Positions 10,669 through 21,813 are shown, numbered from the stretch's first letter. The stretch: 64,000 nt of DNA from an uncultured Nitrospinota bacterium (GCA_963707985.1 CAVPRW010000012.1:36444-100443); one strand, 5' to 3'. Notes: generated by a model from the letters alone, not told the origin. Made by a program: numbers and translations.

Positions 10669-11670
10669 TCAGAGGGAACTCAGGAAGGCCAGCAGGGGAT
10701 CGGGAGTGGTGAAGCGGGCCATCGGCCCCTCAACGGGAGCGAGTTTGTGCAGCGCCTGCTCTTTGTGGGCGAGGTCGATTTCCAGATAGACATGGGTTAT
10801 CTCAATGCTCTCGTGGCCCAGCCATAGGGCAATGACCGCGATATCGACCCCCGCCTGGAGCAAGTGCAGGGCGGTGGTATGCCGGAGGACATGCGGCGTC
10901 ACCTTCTTGGTACGGAGGCTCGGGCACCCCGTAACGGCGTTGTGGGTCGCCCGCTGGAGGAGGTGCGCGACGCTATCCCGGGAGAGCGGGTGTCCCCGTG
11001 TATTGGGAAAGGCCGTCTGCCCATCGTCCTCACGGAGTTCCGCGAACCACGCTTGGCGGGTCCGGCTGGTGTGGGGCCACAGCGGGACCGTGCGGGTCTT
11101 CCGCCCCTTGCCGGTGAGCTGCAGCAGTGTGGAAGGGCCAAAGCAGACTTGGTGGCGTTGTAACGTGGTGACTTCCGACACCCGTGCGCCGCTGTTATAC
11201 AGGGTCAGCAGCAGGGCGTGATCGCGGCGCCCGACCCAGTAGGACCGATCGGGGGCAGCGAGGAGCGCCTCGACTGCGGCCCGCGTCAGCGCCCCAATAA
11301 GCTTCTTGTCGGCTCGTTTGGTGGGGATGGCCAGCACCCGCGTGACGATCGCCAGGCTCTCGGGGGTACGACGGGAGAGGAAGCGGACAAAGGTGCGCAG
11401 CGCGGCCAAACGCATATTGCGCGAGCGGACCGTGTTCCCGCGTTGGTGCTCAAGGTAGTCGAGAAATTGCAGCACAAGCGGCGCGTCGAAGTCACGCACT
11501 TGGAGGGCCGCGGGCTCCCGGCCCGTCGTGGCCTGCACAAAGGTGAAAAAGAGGCGAAACGTGTCGCGGTAACTCGCGATCGTCTGGGGACTGGCCTGTT
11601 TATGCTGACACAGGTGGTGCGTAAAGAAAGCTTGCACATGGGGCGCAAGGCTCTGGCTCTGCGATGTCAT
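10669..11670 (-). CDS. Tyrosine recombinase (RIT third gene)
   Basis: YNSGARVSE, GKGRKTR, HVLRHT, LGHES...Y catalytic residues. Confidence 0.93.
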   Translation of the reverse strand: MTSQSQSLAPHVQAFFTHHLCQHKQASPQTIASYRDTFRLFFTFVQATTGREPAALQVRDFDAPLVLQFLDYLEHQRGNTVRSRNMRLAALRTFVRFLSRRTPESLAIVTRVLAIPTKRADKKLIGALTRAAVEALLAAPDRSYWVGRRDHALLLTLYNSGARVSEVTTLQRHQVCFGPSTLLQLTGKGRKTRTVPLWPHTSRTRQAWFAELREDDGQTAFPNTRGHPLSRDSVAHLLQRATHNAVTGCPSLRTKKVTPHVLRHTTALHLLQAGVDIAVIALWLGHESIEITHVYLEIDLAHKEQALHKLAPVEGPMARFTTPDPLLAFLSSL

Positions 11671-12618
11671 CAGGTTCCTCCTTCCGCATAGCAGCGAAAG
11701 CGCTCCGCGGCGGCCTCAAGGAGTTCTGGAGGTGGCGGTCAGATACCAGTAACTTTCCTGGGGACGGACGTGGCCCAGATAGACGGAGAGGTGGGGCAGC
11801 CACGCCTGGACATCCTTCCCCTCTTGATACCAGCCCTGCAGGCGCTGCACGGCGAAGCTGTGGCGCAAGGCCCGCAGGCTTGGTCGGCGCGTACCGTCGG
11901 TGGGCCAGATGCCCACGGTGTGACACACCGCGAGAAACCAGCGTCGCAGGAGCCCATGATTGAGCGGTCCGCCCTGCTCAGAGACAAACAACGCGTCGGA
12001 CAAGGCCGCATCATGGAGGGTGGCACGTCTGGTGGTATAGCGGTGCACATGGGCCGCGGTCGTGGGATGCAGCGGCACGAGCCGTGACTTGTGGTACTTG
12101 GTTTCGCGAATGTGCAGGCAGGGTGGTGTGCCATCCAGTTGGACATCCGGCATGGTGAGGCGGAGGGCCTCACCGACCCGCAGGCCAGTGCTGGCGAGTA
12201 CGCCGATGCAGGTGGCCAACGTCGCGGGACGGAGGGTCCCGCATGGCCCGCTCTGCTGGGCGGCCTCGATCAACACGGCCATCTGCGGCGGCGTCAACAG
12301 GTAGGGCGGCGACCGACGGAAGGAGGCGACCAGCCCGCGAGGCGGGACTTCTGTCTCCGGGAGCATGGCCCGCAGATAGGCGAGAAAGCCACGCGCCATA
12401 CTCAAACGCTGGGCGGTGCCACTGCGGCCATGCTGGACTGACGAGGCACAGGCCCAGTCCACAGCAAGCTGGGCGCGGAGGGGACCCCCGTTCCCCTGGG
12501 ACTCGACAAAGCTGACAACATCCCGCAGGAGGGTGCGCTCGGCCCGCATCTGAAACCCCAGGGCTTGCCGCACACTCAGATACGCGTCGAGGTGGAGGTG
12601 TAAGCTGCTATGGCTCAT
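11670..12618 (-). CDS. Tyrosine recombinase (RIT second gene), +1 frameshift near the C-terminus
   Basis: TGLRVGE, TKYHKSRLVP, LRHSFA, YLGH...YWYL; removing one base near 11730 gives ...TATPELLEAAAERF...* overlapping the next ATG. Confidence 0.88.
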
Positions 12619-13862
12619 ACGCTCTCTCCCACCCAGGGGAGGGCCACCGCTGCCAAGGCCTCCACGTCAAGCTTCGCATAGATCCCGGTGGTCTGCAGCG
12701 AGTGGTGCCCAAGGACATCCGCCACGTCCTTGAAGCTGGCCCCCTGGTTGACCATCTGGGAGGCGGCCGTATGCCGGAAGGTGTGGGCGCCGAGCCGAGG
12801 GTGCGAGGCGATACCCGCCCGTGCCAACGTCCGCGTGGCCATCCGACTGATGGCGGTGGCATCGCTCAAGGGCCGAAAGGGTGCCCGGCAGTACAGAAAA
12901 AGGTGTCGACTGGTGCTGGGCGGCCGTCCATGCTGGAGAAAGGCGGCGACCGCGCTTCCCACCTCCTGCACGAGGGGTAAGACGCGCTCCTGGTGGGTTT
13001 TGCCCGGGCGGATGCGCACCCGGCTCTCATACCAGTGGATATCCTCTAAGCAGAGGGCGGCGACTTCATGCGCCCGGACGCCGAGGCGGGCCAGAAGCAG
13101 CAGGATGGCCTGATTGCGGAGGGACTTGGGACTCTCGCCCGTCCAGGTGGCGAGCACTCGCTCCACCTCCTCGACGGTCAAGCGGGCGGGGAGGGGGGCA
13201 TGCGTCCACTGACGGGGGGTGGGCACGGCGGCTTCCAAGCCCGGTGCCAGTTCCCCCCGGAAGACGAGAAAGCGCAGGAGCGAGCGGACGGCGATACTGG
13301 GCAGCTTGCGCCCGCCACCGTGTTTGGTCGCGGCTTCCTGGCGGACAAACTCCGTCAGTGCCTGGGCGGACACAGTGGGCCAGTGAACACGGCCGGTGCC
13401 AAACAGGGTTGCCAGCAAGCGAGTGGCAATCCGCAGATAGGCGGTGCGGGTGCTGGGCGCCGCCCCACAGACGTGTTCCAGGTACTGCGCATAGCGCTCG
13501 AGCCACTGGGTGGCTTCCGTCCGCGCTGGCGTATCGAGGTGGGGTGGGAGGAGGTCCTGCTGCCGCCAGTACTGCAGCAAATGGGGGAGACCCGCAGCGG
13601 CTTTGGGCCATTGCCCCACCGGAGGCGGTGGTAGGGTACGGATATAACGCGAGACGAGCGCCTCATCCACCTCAGCAATGGCAGACCCCTGCTGGGACAG
13701 CCACTGCCCAAACTGCTCGCCGGCGCGCAACGCGCGCCGGATACTGTCTGGCGCATACCCATGCTGATGCAGCGTGGTCGCTAGGGCATCAAGGTGGGAG
13801 CCCAGCGGCCCGCGCCGCAGCCGCGTAATCACAGACGTTCGGGCAAAGCATTGCGCGATCAT
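12615..13862 (-). CDS. Tyrosine recombinase (RIT first gene)
   Basis: LGVRAHEV, HTFRHT, LGHHSLQTTGIYAK; ATG 13862 after AGGAG. Confidence 0.92.
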   Translation of the reverse strand: MIAQCFARTSVITRLRRGPLGSHLDALATTLHQHGYAPDSIRRALRAGEQFGQWLSQQGSAIAEVDEALVSRYIRTLPPPPVGQWPKAAAGLPHLLQYWRQQDLLPPHLDTPARTEATQWLERYAQYLEHVCGAAPSTRTAYLRIATRLLATLFGTGRVHWPTVSAQALTEFVRQEAATKHGGGRKLPSIAVRSLLRFLVFRGELAPGLEAAVPTPRQWTHAPLPARLTVEEVERVLATWTGESPKSLRNQAILLLLARLGVRAHEVAALCLEDIHWYESRVRIRPGKTHQERVLPLVQEVGSAVAAFLQHGRPPSTSRHLFLYCRAPFRPLSDATAISRMATRTLARAGIASHPRLGAHTFRHTAASQMVNQGASFKDVADVLGHHSLQTTGIYAKLDVEALAAVALPWVGESV

Positions 13863-14038
13863 CGGCTTCTCCTGCTTCTGTAGGGTTGATTGGGAAGGAG
13901 AAGCATCGCACGTCTGGATTATGGCGCGTAGGGCAAACGTGCGACGGTGAGTTTCCACGGGTGAAATACGCGCGTGCGGGAAGAACGCGGCATAATCTGG
14001 TGCGCGGGATAAACGTGTAAAAACCGGTCACAGCGCGA

Positions 14039-17012
14039 TTACGGCGTTGCGGTGAAGAGCGGTTTGGGCTGTAACGGTTCCGGTTGAGTGGCCATATCCA
14101 GAAAGTACTGCCCAAACCGCTTGATGTGTTCGGTCAGATACGGGACTCAGGCGACTCACGATCTCAGGCGTCACGCTGATCCCTTCTGCTGAAGTTCGCG
14201 GAGCACATTGGTCATATCCACCACGTTGTGGAGCATCACCGCGTTGGCCACCAAGTCCCGATACTTGATCCGCTTTTCTTGCTCGACCGGATCGCCGCTG
14301 CGTAGCACCGGCCCACCAAACGCAATCCAGTCCGTAAACTGATGGTAGGATTCCACCTTGGTGGTCTCCGCGCGAATGTGCTGCCGCATGTCCGCATCCG
14401 ACATATAGTCCAGCAGAAAGAGCGTTCGTTCCACACGGCCCAAGTTCACTAAACGCTTTGTACAGGGAGCTCTTCCGGCTGTAGACGCCCAGCTTCTGGA
14501 GGAGCATCGACGGTAGGACGTGGCCCGCCTGAATCGACAGGACCACCTGCATCATGTCGTGCCAGTGTCTCTCAATCACGTCCCAGTCAACCACTTGGGT
14601 AAACAAGGCATCGATGTGTTTGTAGGCAGGTGTCGTGATCGACCCGGTACAAGGTCACATCGTTCCAGGTGCGCATCCGGGGCAGCAGCTTAATGCCCAA
14701 GAGGGCGGCCAGACCAAAGACCGGCTCGGCTTGCCCATGCGTATCGGCATACAAGGTATCGGGTTGCAGGGCCGAGTGGTTCTTGAGCAAGCCATCAAGA
14801 ATGTAGACCGCTTCCCACACGCCGCAGGCGATGAAGTGGCTGAACAGGGCGATATAGGTATCACTGATATGATGGTACGCGATGCCTCCGAAACTGCCAT
14901 ACCGCACATGCTGCTCGCCCAGCAGATTGTTCTCGATGAGTGCAATATGCGTGCCATCGGCAATGGCGGCCTGTCCACTGCCCCATAGAAAGGGCAGCTC
15001 AAACCGCGTGTATTCCGCAATCACGTCGCGCAGGGCGGCCTCAAGTTTGGGGGCCGTCATATGCTGATCGTTAATGCGTCGCAAGACCTGGCGGCTAATC
15101 GGCCCAGTGGTGTGGCGCGCGGTTTGGGAGGCGCCCAGCTCACTGGCATAGCCAAACACGGTGAAAATGTAGCGCAGAACGGCATCGGAGAGTTTGGGAT
15201 CGGCGCCAGACGGCGGTCCAAAATGCCGCGTATAGCCCACCCAATGGTGGACATTTTTGAGGATATCGAGCAGGTGACGCTCCGGCATCCGGTCTTTGAG
15301 CAAGGCTTCGATCGTGTGGAGGTCCTCAGGGACCGGTTGGGCGTGGAGACGTTTGAGATGTGGCGTGCCCTCGTGGTCAATGGTCAGCTCGGTGTTCTCG
15401 GGGTAGGTCGCATCCACACGCTGCGCCGTCTCCCGCAGGCGTTCGCGCAACTCCGCCACAAAGTCTGCCGCGGTTGAGGCCAACTGGAGCGCCTGGCAAT
15501 AGGCTGGTACGCGTGGCGCACACTCGTCCCATGGCAGCAGCTGCTGCCGGTAATCCGCATAGGCCTCGGAGCCCTCGACATACACATCACCGCACCTCAG
15601 GCCATGGTCGAGATAATGGAACACACAGACCTCAAGTTGACGCCGGTTGAGACACCGTTTCCCTCTGGTGCCGGGTGCGGATCGAGGGCTTGCCAGCGCA
15701 CGCTCGCGAAGTCGAGCGCAATCTCAGCGGGCAGGTAGTCCCGCCTGGCGTGTTGGAAACGCTGGATAAAGTGGAGGGCCTCGATCAGCGACTGATGTTG
15801 CGTCGCCGAGCGCAACGTGAGCACGTGGGACAGGCGGAACAGCTCGGCCCGATAAGGGCGATAAAAGCCCCACATCAAGGGCCGATAATTATTGTGGTGG
15901 TAGGCAGAGACCTGCTCGTAGCGTTCTCGAAGGACTTCGGCTCCACCATACTGCCCTTGAAAATATCCCGCACGCCTTGGCCCAAGGTCGGCGTTATCGT
16001 CCGGCGTGTGGAGGGTCTGATCGAGGACATCGGCAAAGACCGCCAGCATCTGTTCTTCAAGCTCGCGATGGTGGTCTTGCAGCTCTTTGAGGTGCTTTTT
16101 GGCTGAGGTGGTGGTGCGCCGCATGCGTTTGAGGAGCATCTCGACCAGTTGGTCTCGCGTCTGGACTTGGGCGTGAGAGAGGAAACAGATGAGCAAGCTA
16201 TAGCGTCGAGACTGGGGTCTGAATGTCGCGCATGTCGCCGACGTCGAGGGCAGCGGCTTCCGCCGCAAACTGCTGAATCTTCGTGTGGGCAATCTCGGTG
16301 CAGGAAGGGCCGGGTCGGTAAGATGGATTCCAGCCAGGTGAGGCGCTGGGTCCACTGCCGCAAGTGCTGGAGCGTGGCCTGACGAGGCGTCTCCTTGATC
16401 CGATTAAAATCGGTTCGACCGTCACGGATGTGCAAGAGGGCATCAAGGCGTGCCATCTCAGCAGCGCTCAAGCGACGCGGTGATGCGCGCATACAGGTCC
16501 TGATGGACGCCGTGACGGACGTGCGTCACCAACCGGTCCAGGGTGCTAAAGGCCGGCAGCTCAAAGCGTTGCTGAATCAGATGCTCAACGGCCAGATTGA
16601 TCAAATCGGCGGGATCACTCATGGTAGTAGGCGGCATGCTGGACCGCTGTTTCGACCACGTCTTGACCGCCTTCGCCATAGGGCTTGATGTCCAAGTAGG
16701 TGCGGATGAGTTGGCGATAGCGGTAGAGCGTCTTTTCCGCTTCGACGTGCATCGTACATCAGCGGTAAGAGGTGGAGCTGCTGGCAGAGATACGTGCGAA
16801 TTTGCGTCTGGGACATCGGCCAGTGCAGGGAGATACCCCAGATGTTGCTGACACTTGAGCAGGGTGAGCAAGGTCAGTTGCTGGGCCTCTCCACGCGCAT
16901 GCGTCGAGACAAAATCCCGCTCCTCCTCGGTCGGCTCGTAGAGGGTCTGGAGTTCGTTGGCGGTCAGGGACGGTTTGAAACGCGGATACGCCGTGCGTTC
17001 GATGGAAGCCAT
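14039..17012 (-). pseudogene. tnpA: Tn3-family transposase, multiply frameshifted
   Basis: Starts MASIERTAYPRF; fragments with ELPAFSTLDRL, ADGTH, ADTHGQ, ELGRVERTLFLL, KRFGQY; stop at 14039. Confidence 0.88.
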
Positions 17013-17029
17013 CGGTGGAAGGCTCCATA

Positions 17030-17140
17030 AGAGGTGTCCGAAAAAGGGTGCGCGTGGAGGCGAAGAGTCCCCATTGTGTTTCCAGGGCAAGCGGAATATA
17101 GAGAAGTTGTCCGAGAAAGTGAACATTTTCGGACGTACGT
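17030..17140. promoter_or_regulatory. Probable res site / divergent tnpA-tnpR promoter region
   Basis: Repeated GTCCGA(A/G)AAAG and the inverted pair TCCGAGAAAG...TTTTCGGA between divergent tnpA and tnpR. Confidence 0.5.
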
Positions 17141-17166
17141 CGCCGTGCCTGGCTCAGAGGCCTTCC

Positions 17167-17806
17167 ATGCGAACCGCCCTCTACCTCCGAGTCTCCACGG
17201 CACAGCAAAAGCCCGACCTGCAGGCCGATGGGGTCCACGGGTATGCCGCCCGCGCCGGCCTCGAGATCGTCGCCGAATATCTCGATCGGGCGGTGTCCGG
17301 ACGCCAGGAGGGGCGTCCGCAGCTCCAGGCGCTGATGCGAGCCGCGCGGCAGCACGAGTTTGCCTGTGTCTTGGTGTGGAAGTTTGATCGGTTTGCCCGG
17401 AGCGTCTCACACTTGCTCCGCGCGCTCGAGGAGTTCAATCATCTCAGGATTCGCTTCATTAGCGTCCAGGATCAGGTGGATACCGCGAGCCCCATGGGCA
17501 AGGCCATGTTCACCATCATTGGCGCGATGGCGGAATTGGAGTCGTCGTTGATCTCCGAACGGGTCAAGGCCGGGATGGCGGCGGCGCGGGCGCGTGGGAA
17601 AAGCGCTCGGACGGCCCGCCGACGCCCACCGCACCTCGTGGCACGGATCGAAGCGCTGGCAGGACGACGACGGGCTGAGCGTTCGTCAGATTCAGGAGGC
17701 GCTTGCAGGCCACGTGAGTCGGTCAGTGGTCGGACTGATTGTGAAGCGTGTACGATATCCGTCGTCACGCATGTCACTGGGGCCGGTTGATCCAGAGTGC
17801 GGGTGA
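17167..17806 (+). CDS. tnpR: Serine resolvase (C-terminal HTH frameshifted)
   Basis: YLRVST catalytic motif, KFDRFARS, ERVKAGMAAARARGK; HTH LSVRQIQEAL in an alternative frame. Confidence 0.88.
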
Positions 17807-17863
17807 GGTGACCCGAACAGCAGCCCCATATCGAGGTATCAGAGCATATCTGACTGATACTCA

Positions 17864-18766
17864 ATGGATAGCTGGCTTTTGAGGTACGTAACGATGTGGA
17901 TAGCAGAACAATTTCTTTTCCAGCTTGCCAGAACTTTATACCGAACAGAAGTCGCTCATTCTTTAGAAATGAAGAAGGCTCTGAAGAATATCGATGCTTA
18001 CGATGCATACCGAGCAGCCGAAATCACCCGAATTGCAGAAGCTGTGGAACGCTATCGTATCCCAATTGCTGAGCGCACGATCATGGACCTCGGCTGCAAT
18101 GACGGAGCTATCTCAATGGAGTATCTTCGACGCGGGGCAGCGAAAGTCGTTGGCATCGACATAGATGAGCGTGCTATCCAGCGTGCAGCAGCCTTGCACC
18201 ATGACGAACGGTTAATCTTTGTCCAAAACGGGGTCGATTCGATTCCATTGGATGATCGAAGTGTTGACGTCGTGATGAGTTACGATGTCTTCGAACACGT
18301 CTCTCAGCCCACCACGATTCTAAAGGAACTCTATCGTATTCTGACCCCCACAGGCAAAGCGCTGATCGGGACGTGGAGTTGGTTTCATCCCTTCGCGCCT
18401 CACCTCTGGTCTGTCATGCCAGTACCCTGGGCTCATGTGTTCTTTTCGGAGCAAACCTTGCTCAGGGTGTGTCGGCGCGTTTACCATTCTTCATGGTATG
18501 CCCCGAACATGCATGACTATGACGAAGATGGCCAGAGGTTTCCTGACAAATACACCCACCAAACCATTTCAACAGACTATCTAAATAAGCTTCTCATTAA
18601 AGACTTTGAACACGCCTTTCTCTCAACAGGTTTTAGATACAAGACTCATTGTGTACCCTTTGGGTCTCGGTATGCGCGCTGGACTCGAGTATTCTTGCAC
18701 ATGCCTTGGATGCGGGAGTTCATCGCGGGATACGTTTGGTTCGAGTTGACGAAATCGATCGATTAA
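17864..18766 (+). CDS. Class I SAM-dependent methyltransferase (transposon cargo)
   Basis: MDLGCNDG motif I, GIDID, DVFEHV, RILTPTG; lower GC; start may be 17894. Confidence 0.88.
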   Translation: MDSWLLRYVTMWIAEQFLFQLARTLYRTEVAHSLEMKKALKNIDAYDAYRAAEITRIAEAVERYRIPIAERTIMDLGCNDGAISMEYLRRGAAKVVGIDIDERAIQRAAALHHDERLIFVQNGVDSIPLDDRSVDVVMSYDVFEHVSQPTTILKELYRILTPTGKALIGTWSWFHPFAPHLWSVMPVPWAHVFFSEQTLLRVCRRVYHSSWYAPNMHDYDEDGQRFPDKYTHQTISTDYLNKLLIKDFEHAFLSTGFRYKTHCVPFGSRYARWTRVFLHMPWMREFIAGYVWFELTKSID

Positions 18767-18870
18767 CCCGCCAGCTAACAAATCGCTACAGCTACAGCGA
18801 AAGCCGCTCTTCCTCACAACACTGTGATGCTGCTGTGGCCGGTTTTTACACGTATCCCGAACATACCCCT

Positions 18871-18945
18871 AAAATGGGCACGCCGGGTTCGGAGGGGGGA
18901 GTGGGGAAACGGACCGACAGGCACCGCGCCTTGCTCCTACCCTAC
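18871..18945 (+). ncRNA. Group II intron 3' remnant (part of DV + DVI)
   Basis: GCACGCCGGGTTCGGAGGGGG followed by a hairpin ending CTACCCTAC; 5' half of DV cut off by the Tn3 end. Confidence 0.65.
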
Positions 18946-19180
18946 GAGACACAATGAAGATCGGAACATAGTGAAAACACGAATCTGAGAGAGTCACCCC
19001 CAGCCGTCGATACCCTGCGGTGTAAGACGCGCGTCAAAGCTCAAGCTTATTGCAAATCAATGTGTTAACACGTGCTCCGTTCGCTTGTTGCGTCCTATCT
19101 CACGTTCCCTCCTGCTAGCCCAAGTGGATCGTGAAGGACAGAGGCCTGCCGCCACGAAATCCGATGGCATGTGGGAAATC

Positions 19181-20860
19181 GGTCGTGTATGGCAACCGTG
19201 CTGCTAATTCATCGAGACTCGAAACGCGTTAAGATCAGCCTATCTACCACCTCAGTGGAAGGGCTGATCATGCGATCCGACCTGGTTTTCTATGCGTTCA
19301 CGTTTATTGTCCTCATTTTCCTCGTTTTCTTCTGCGGTCGACTCCGGCGCAGCGGCCAATCCGCTCCAGCAGCGCCGCAATCGCCCAGGCCAAAGCGTGA
19401 ACCCAAACTGTTCGCGGGTCTCACCCGCAAGCCCGCATGCGACGTGTGTGTTCGGGAATCCGCACCTCGCTCGCCGGCGCCTGGCGCGCCGCCACCTCGG
19501 ATGACGTTCACTCGAGGCTGTCGGCACCAGGTCGAGACCACCGGCCACTTCTGCCCGGATGTCACCTGTTCGTATCACGGCTGGGTCGGCTTTGGCAATA
19601 TTCGCGCCAATGGTCATCCCAATGGCCGCCGCTGGCGACAACTCGTGTGTCTGGGCTGCCACGGCTATTTCCTGGAAACCGTGGGCACGCCGTTTCACGC
19701 CAAGCAGGGCGACCCCGATACGCTGGTGTGGGCGATTGCGGCACTGGCTGAAGGCCTCGGCATCCGCGCCGTGGCCCGCGTCTTTGAAGCCGATCCCAAC
19801 ACCGTCCTGGGCTGGCTGGTCGAAGCGGTCGAGCACCTGGAGACCTTCTCGCACTATTTTCTCCGTGATTTCTACGTCGAACAAGTGCAGATGGACGAAC
19901 TCTTCGCCTTGCTCAGCGCGGTCAAAGACGGTGAGGTCACCGAGGCCGAGACCATCACGCGCCTGTCGCGCTCGCCGCACTGGGTGTGGGTCGCGATGGA
20001 CTCGGTCTGCAAGCTCATGCTGACCGTGGATGTCGGTGAGCGCACCCTGGCGATGGCTCAACGTCGCGTTCATCACGTCACGCAAGTGTTGGAGCCGGAC
20101 TGCGCCCCGCTGTTCCTAACCGACGGTTTCCGGGAGTATCTCACCGCGCTCGTCACGCACTACGGCCAGTGGATGCAGCCCGAGCGCCAACAGACCAAAG
20201 GCCCCAAGCCCAAGCCACGCTGGATGCTGCGGCCCGGGCTCCTCTATGCCCAGGTCGTCAAGTCCTATCGGCGTCGACGCATCGTAGGTGTAACCCACCG
20301 CGTCATCTTCGGCGCGGCAGAGACCATCGCGTCGATCCTGGCCAAGCGAGGGTGGACGATCAATACCAGCTTTGTCGAGCGCCTGAATCTGGACTTTCGC
20401 CAGCATGTGGCGGCGATCGGGCGTCGCGTGAACACGTTAGGCAAACACGAAGCGGGATTGCGTCAGCAACTGGCTCTCTTTCAGGTGTACCACAATTTCG
20501 TGTTGCCTCATGCGAACTTGCGGTTGCCCCTGCCCAAGCCCATCGAGGAGACGGGCTCAGTTAAGCAGTGGCAGCCGCGGATGCTCGCGATGGCCGCCGG
20601 GCTGACGGAGCGCGTCTGGAGTCTCAGAGAGGTGCTGAGGTTCCGCGTGCCACCGTGGCCGAACATCCACGTGAGTTAAGCATGTGGGACAGTGGAGCAT
20701 GATGAACAGCCGCTGGAATTGTTGCGTCTACAACCGCTGTTCCGTGTTGAGTGCGGCGGCGACCTTCCACTTGGAGACCGGTTGATCGGGTGCAGTTCGA
20801 GCTGTCAGACTCACGTGGAGAAGGCTCAAGTCATTAGCCGCACGTTTCCTCTACACGACC
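19181..20860 (+). mobile_element. IS1-family-like insertion sequence
   Basis: TIRs GGTCGTGTATGGCAA / (rc) GGTCGTGTAGAGGAA; no TSD seen. Confidence 0.7.
19270..20679 (+). CDS. IS1-family-like DDE transposase
   Basis: Zn-ribbon CP...C, HTH (GIRAVARVF), QMDE, FLTDG, NTSFVERLN, YHNFVLPH; start uncertain. Confidence 0.8.
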   Translation: MRSDLVFYAFTFIVLIFLVFFCGRLRRSGQSAPAAPQSPRPKREPKLFAGLTRKPACDVCVRESAPRSPAPGAPPPRMTFTRGCRHQVETTGHFCPDVTCSYHGWVGFGNIRANGHPNGRRWRQLVCLGCHGYFLETVGTPFHAKQGDPDTLVWAIAALAEGLGIRAVARVFEADPNTVLGWLVEAVEHLETFSHYFLRDFYVEQVQMDELFALLSAVKDGEVTEAETITRLSRSPHWVWVAMDSVCKLMLTVDVGERTLAMAQRRVHHVTQVLEPDCAPLFLTDGFREYLTALVTHYGQWMQPERQQTKGPKPKPRWMLRPGLLYAQVVKSYRRRRIVGVTHRVIFGAAETIASILAKRGWTINTSFVERLNLDFRQHVAAIGRRVNTLGKHEAGLRQQLALFQVYHNFVLPHANLRLPLPKPIEETGSVKQWQPRMLAMAAGLTERVWSLREVLRFRVPPWPNIHVS

Positions 20861-20979
20861 CTCGCGTGCTGATCTTGCCGGTAGGTTCCTCGATGGTGAC
20901 GAAGCCTTTGCAGCGGTAAACGTCCGACCAGATGGTGTATTGAATCGTGGCCGGGATGCAGACCCAGTGCTCGATCTTG

Positions 20980-21256
20980 GCTACGTCGAGGTCATTATTG
21001 CTCGGCGGTGGCCCCCGCCTCGATCCCTCGTTCCCGCGCCTTCTGCTGCACATCATATACGCTCAGGTCGAAACAGTTCCGCCGTTTGCGAGAGGGTCAA
21101 CCCGCAGTCTGCAAGCCGCTTGAACGCGTACTCCTCCGCTGCAGCATGGAGCCATTGCCGCATGACGGTGGTCTTGTCGGTGCGTTCTTCGAGGCCCCGC
21201 AGCTCCGCCAACTGCAAGATGCTCTCGGGGATGCGGAGTGGATACGGACGGGTCAT
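20980..21256 (-). pseudogene. UPF0175-like antitoxin/HTH, frameshifted
   Basis: MTRPYPLRIP...GLTLSQTAELF then (other frame) DLSVYDVQQKARERGI; 3' boundary approximate. Confidence 0.45.
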
Positions 21257-21312
21257 ACGCTTCACTTCCTCCATCGCCACGGCCAGGCCAAACTTGCACA
21301 CAAGCAAACGTC

Positions 21313-21639
21313 CTATGCGATACGGACCCCCGTCCGTACGATTTCCTCCAAAATCGTGGCAGGTTCGGCATGTGCCAGTTCGTCTGGGGTGCAGGCCAGC
21401 GCTTCGATGGGCTGCCAGAGCCGTGCCGCCGCCGTACCAAGGTATTCCAGACGTTCACGCGCGTTCAAGACTAAAAAATCGGAGGACACAATGAGCACGT
21501 CAATGTCGCTCCCCTCTCTCTCTGCACCATGGGCATAGGAGCCAAAGAGCAACGCCCATTTTACCCGAATGCCCATCTCACCTAATTGGGCACAGTACCG
21601 AGCTATGAGGTCTGCAATCTCGGATCTTGGCGCAGCCAT
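21313..21639 (-). CDS. Minimal nucleotidyltransferase (MNT) antitoxin
   Basis: LFGSYAHG...SDIDVLIV motif, 108 aa. Confidence 0.88.
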   Translation of the reverse strand: MAAPRSEIADLIARYCAQLGEMGIRVKWALLFGSYAHGAEREGSDIDVLIVSSDFLVLNARERLEYLGTAAARLWQPIEALACTPDELAHAEPATILEEIVRTGVRIA

Positions 21640-21740
21640 GTAATGATCTCCCGTGTTTGCTCCAGGTAGTCGCGAGCTACTGTGTCAGAATACTGTGCCA
21701 TGAGCTGTGCGAAGTCGGCCGGATCACGCGAGGTTTCTGT
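21603..21740 (-). pseudogene. HEPN toxin C-terminal remnant
   Basis: R(D)PADF...YSDTVARDYLEQTREIITWL resembles a HEPN C-terminus overlapping the MNT start; N-terminus replaced by an attC-like sequence. Confidence 0.55.
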
Positions 21741-21801
21741 CGCTGCCGGAAGCCGCAGCGCAGCGGAGGCTAGAAGTAGTCGGCTGCAACCCGTGCTAGG
21801 C
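21741..21801 (-). repeat. Truncated attC-like site
   Basis: (rc) GCCTAGCACGGGTTGCAGCCGAC...GCTTCCGGCAGCG, same family as the sites at 24991-25065 and 26128. Confidence 0.5.
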
Positions 21802-21813
21802 GAGGATTGCGCG

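Larger units (their letters stand above)
10561..14018 (-). mobile_element. RIT (recombinase-in-trio) element
   Basis: Three overlapping tyrosine recombinase genes; perfect 32-bp inverted repeats at 10581-10612 and 13987-14018 (ACACGTTTATCCCGCGCACCAGATTATGCCGC). Confidence 0.92.
10539..18869. mobile_element. Tn3-family transposon (tnpA, res, tnpR, methyltransferase) with RIT inserted in the left TIR
   Basis: Right TIR (rc) GGGGTATGTTCGGGATACGTGTAAAAACCGGCCACAGC; left TIR rebuilt from 10539-10560 + 14019-14034 matches 36/38; no TSD. Confidence 0.88.

Noticed and set aside
10669..13862. Prophage or integron integrase
   Set aside because: Trio arrangement with IRs indicates RIT; no phage genes and no IntI features recognised
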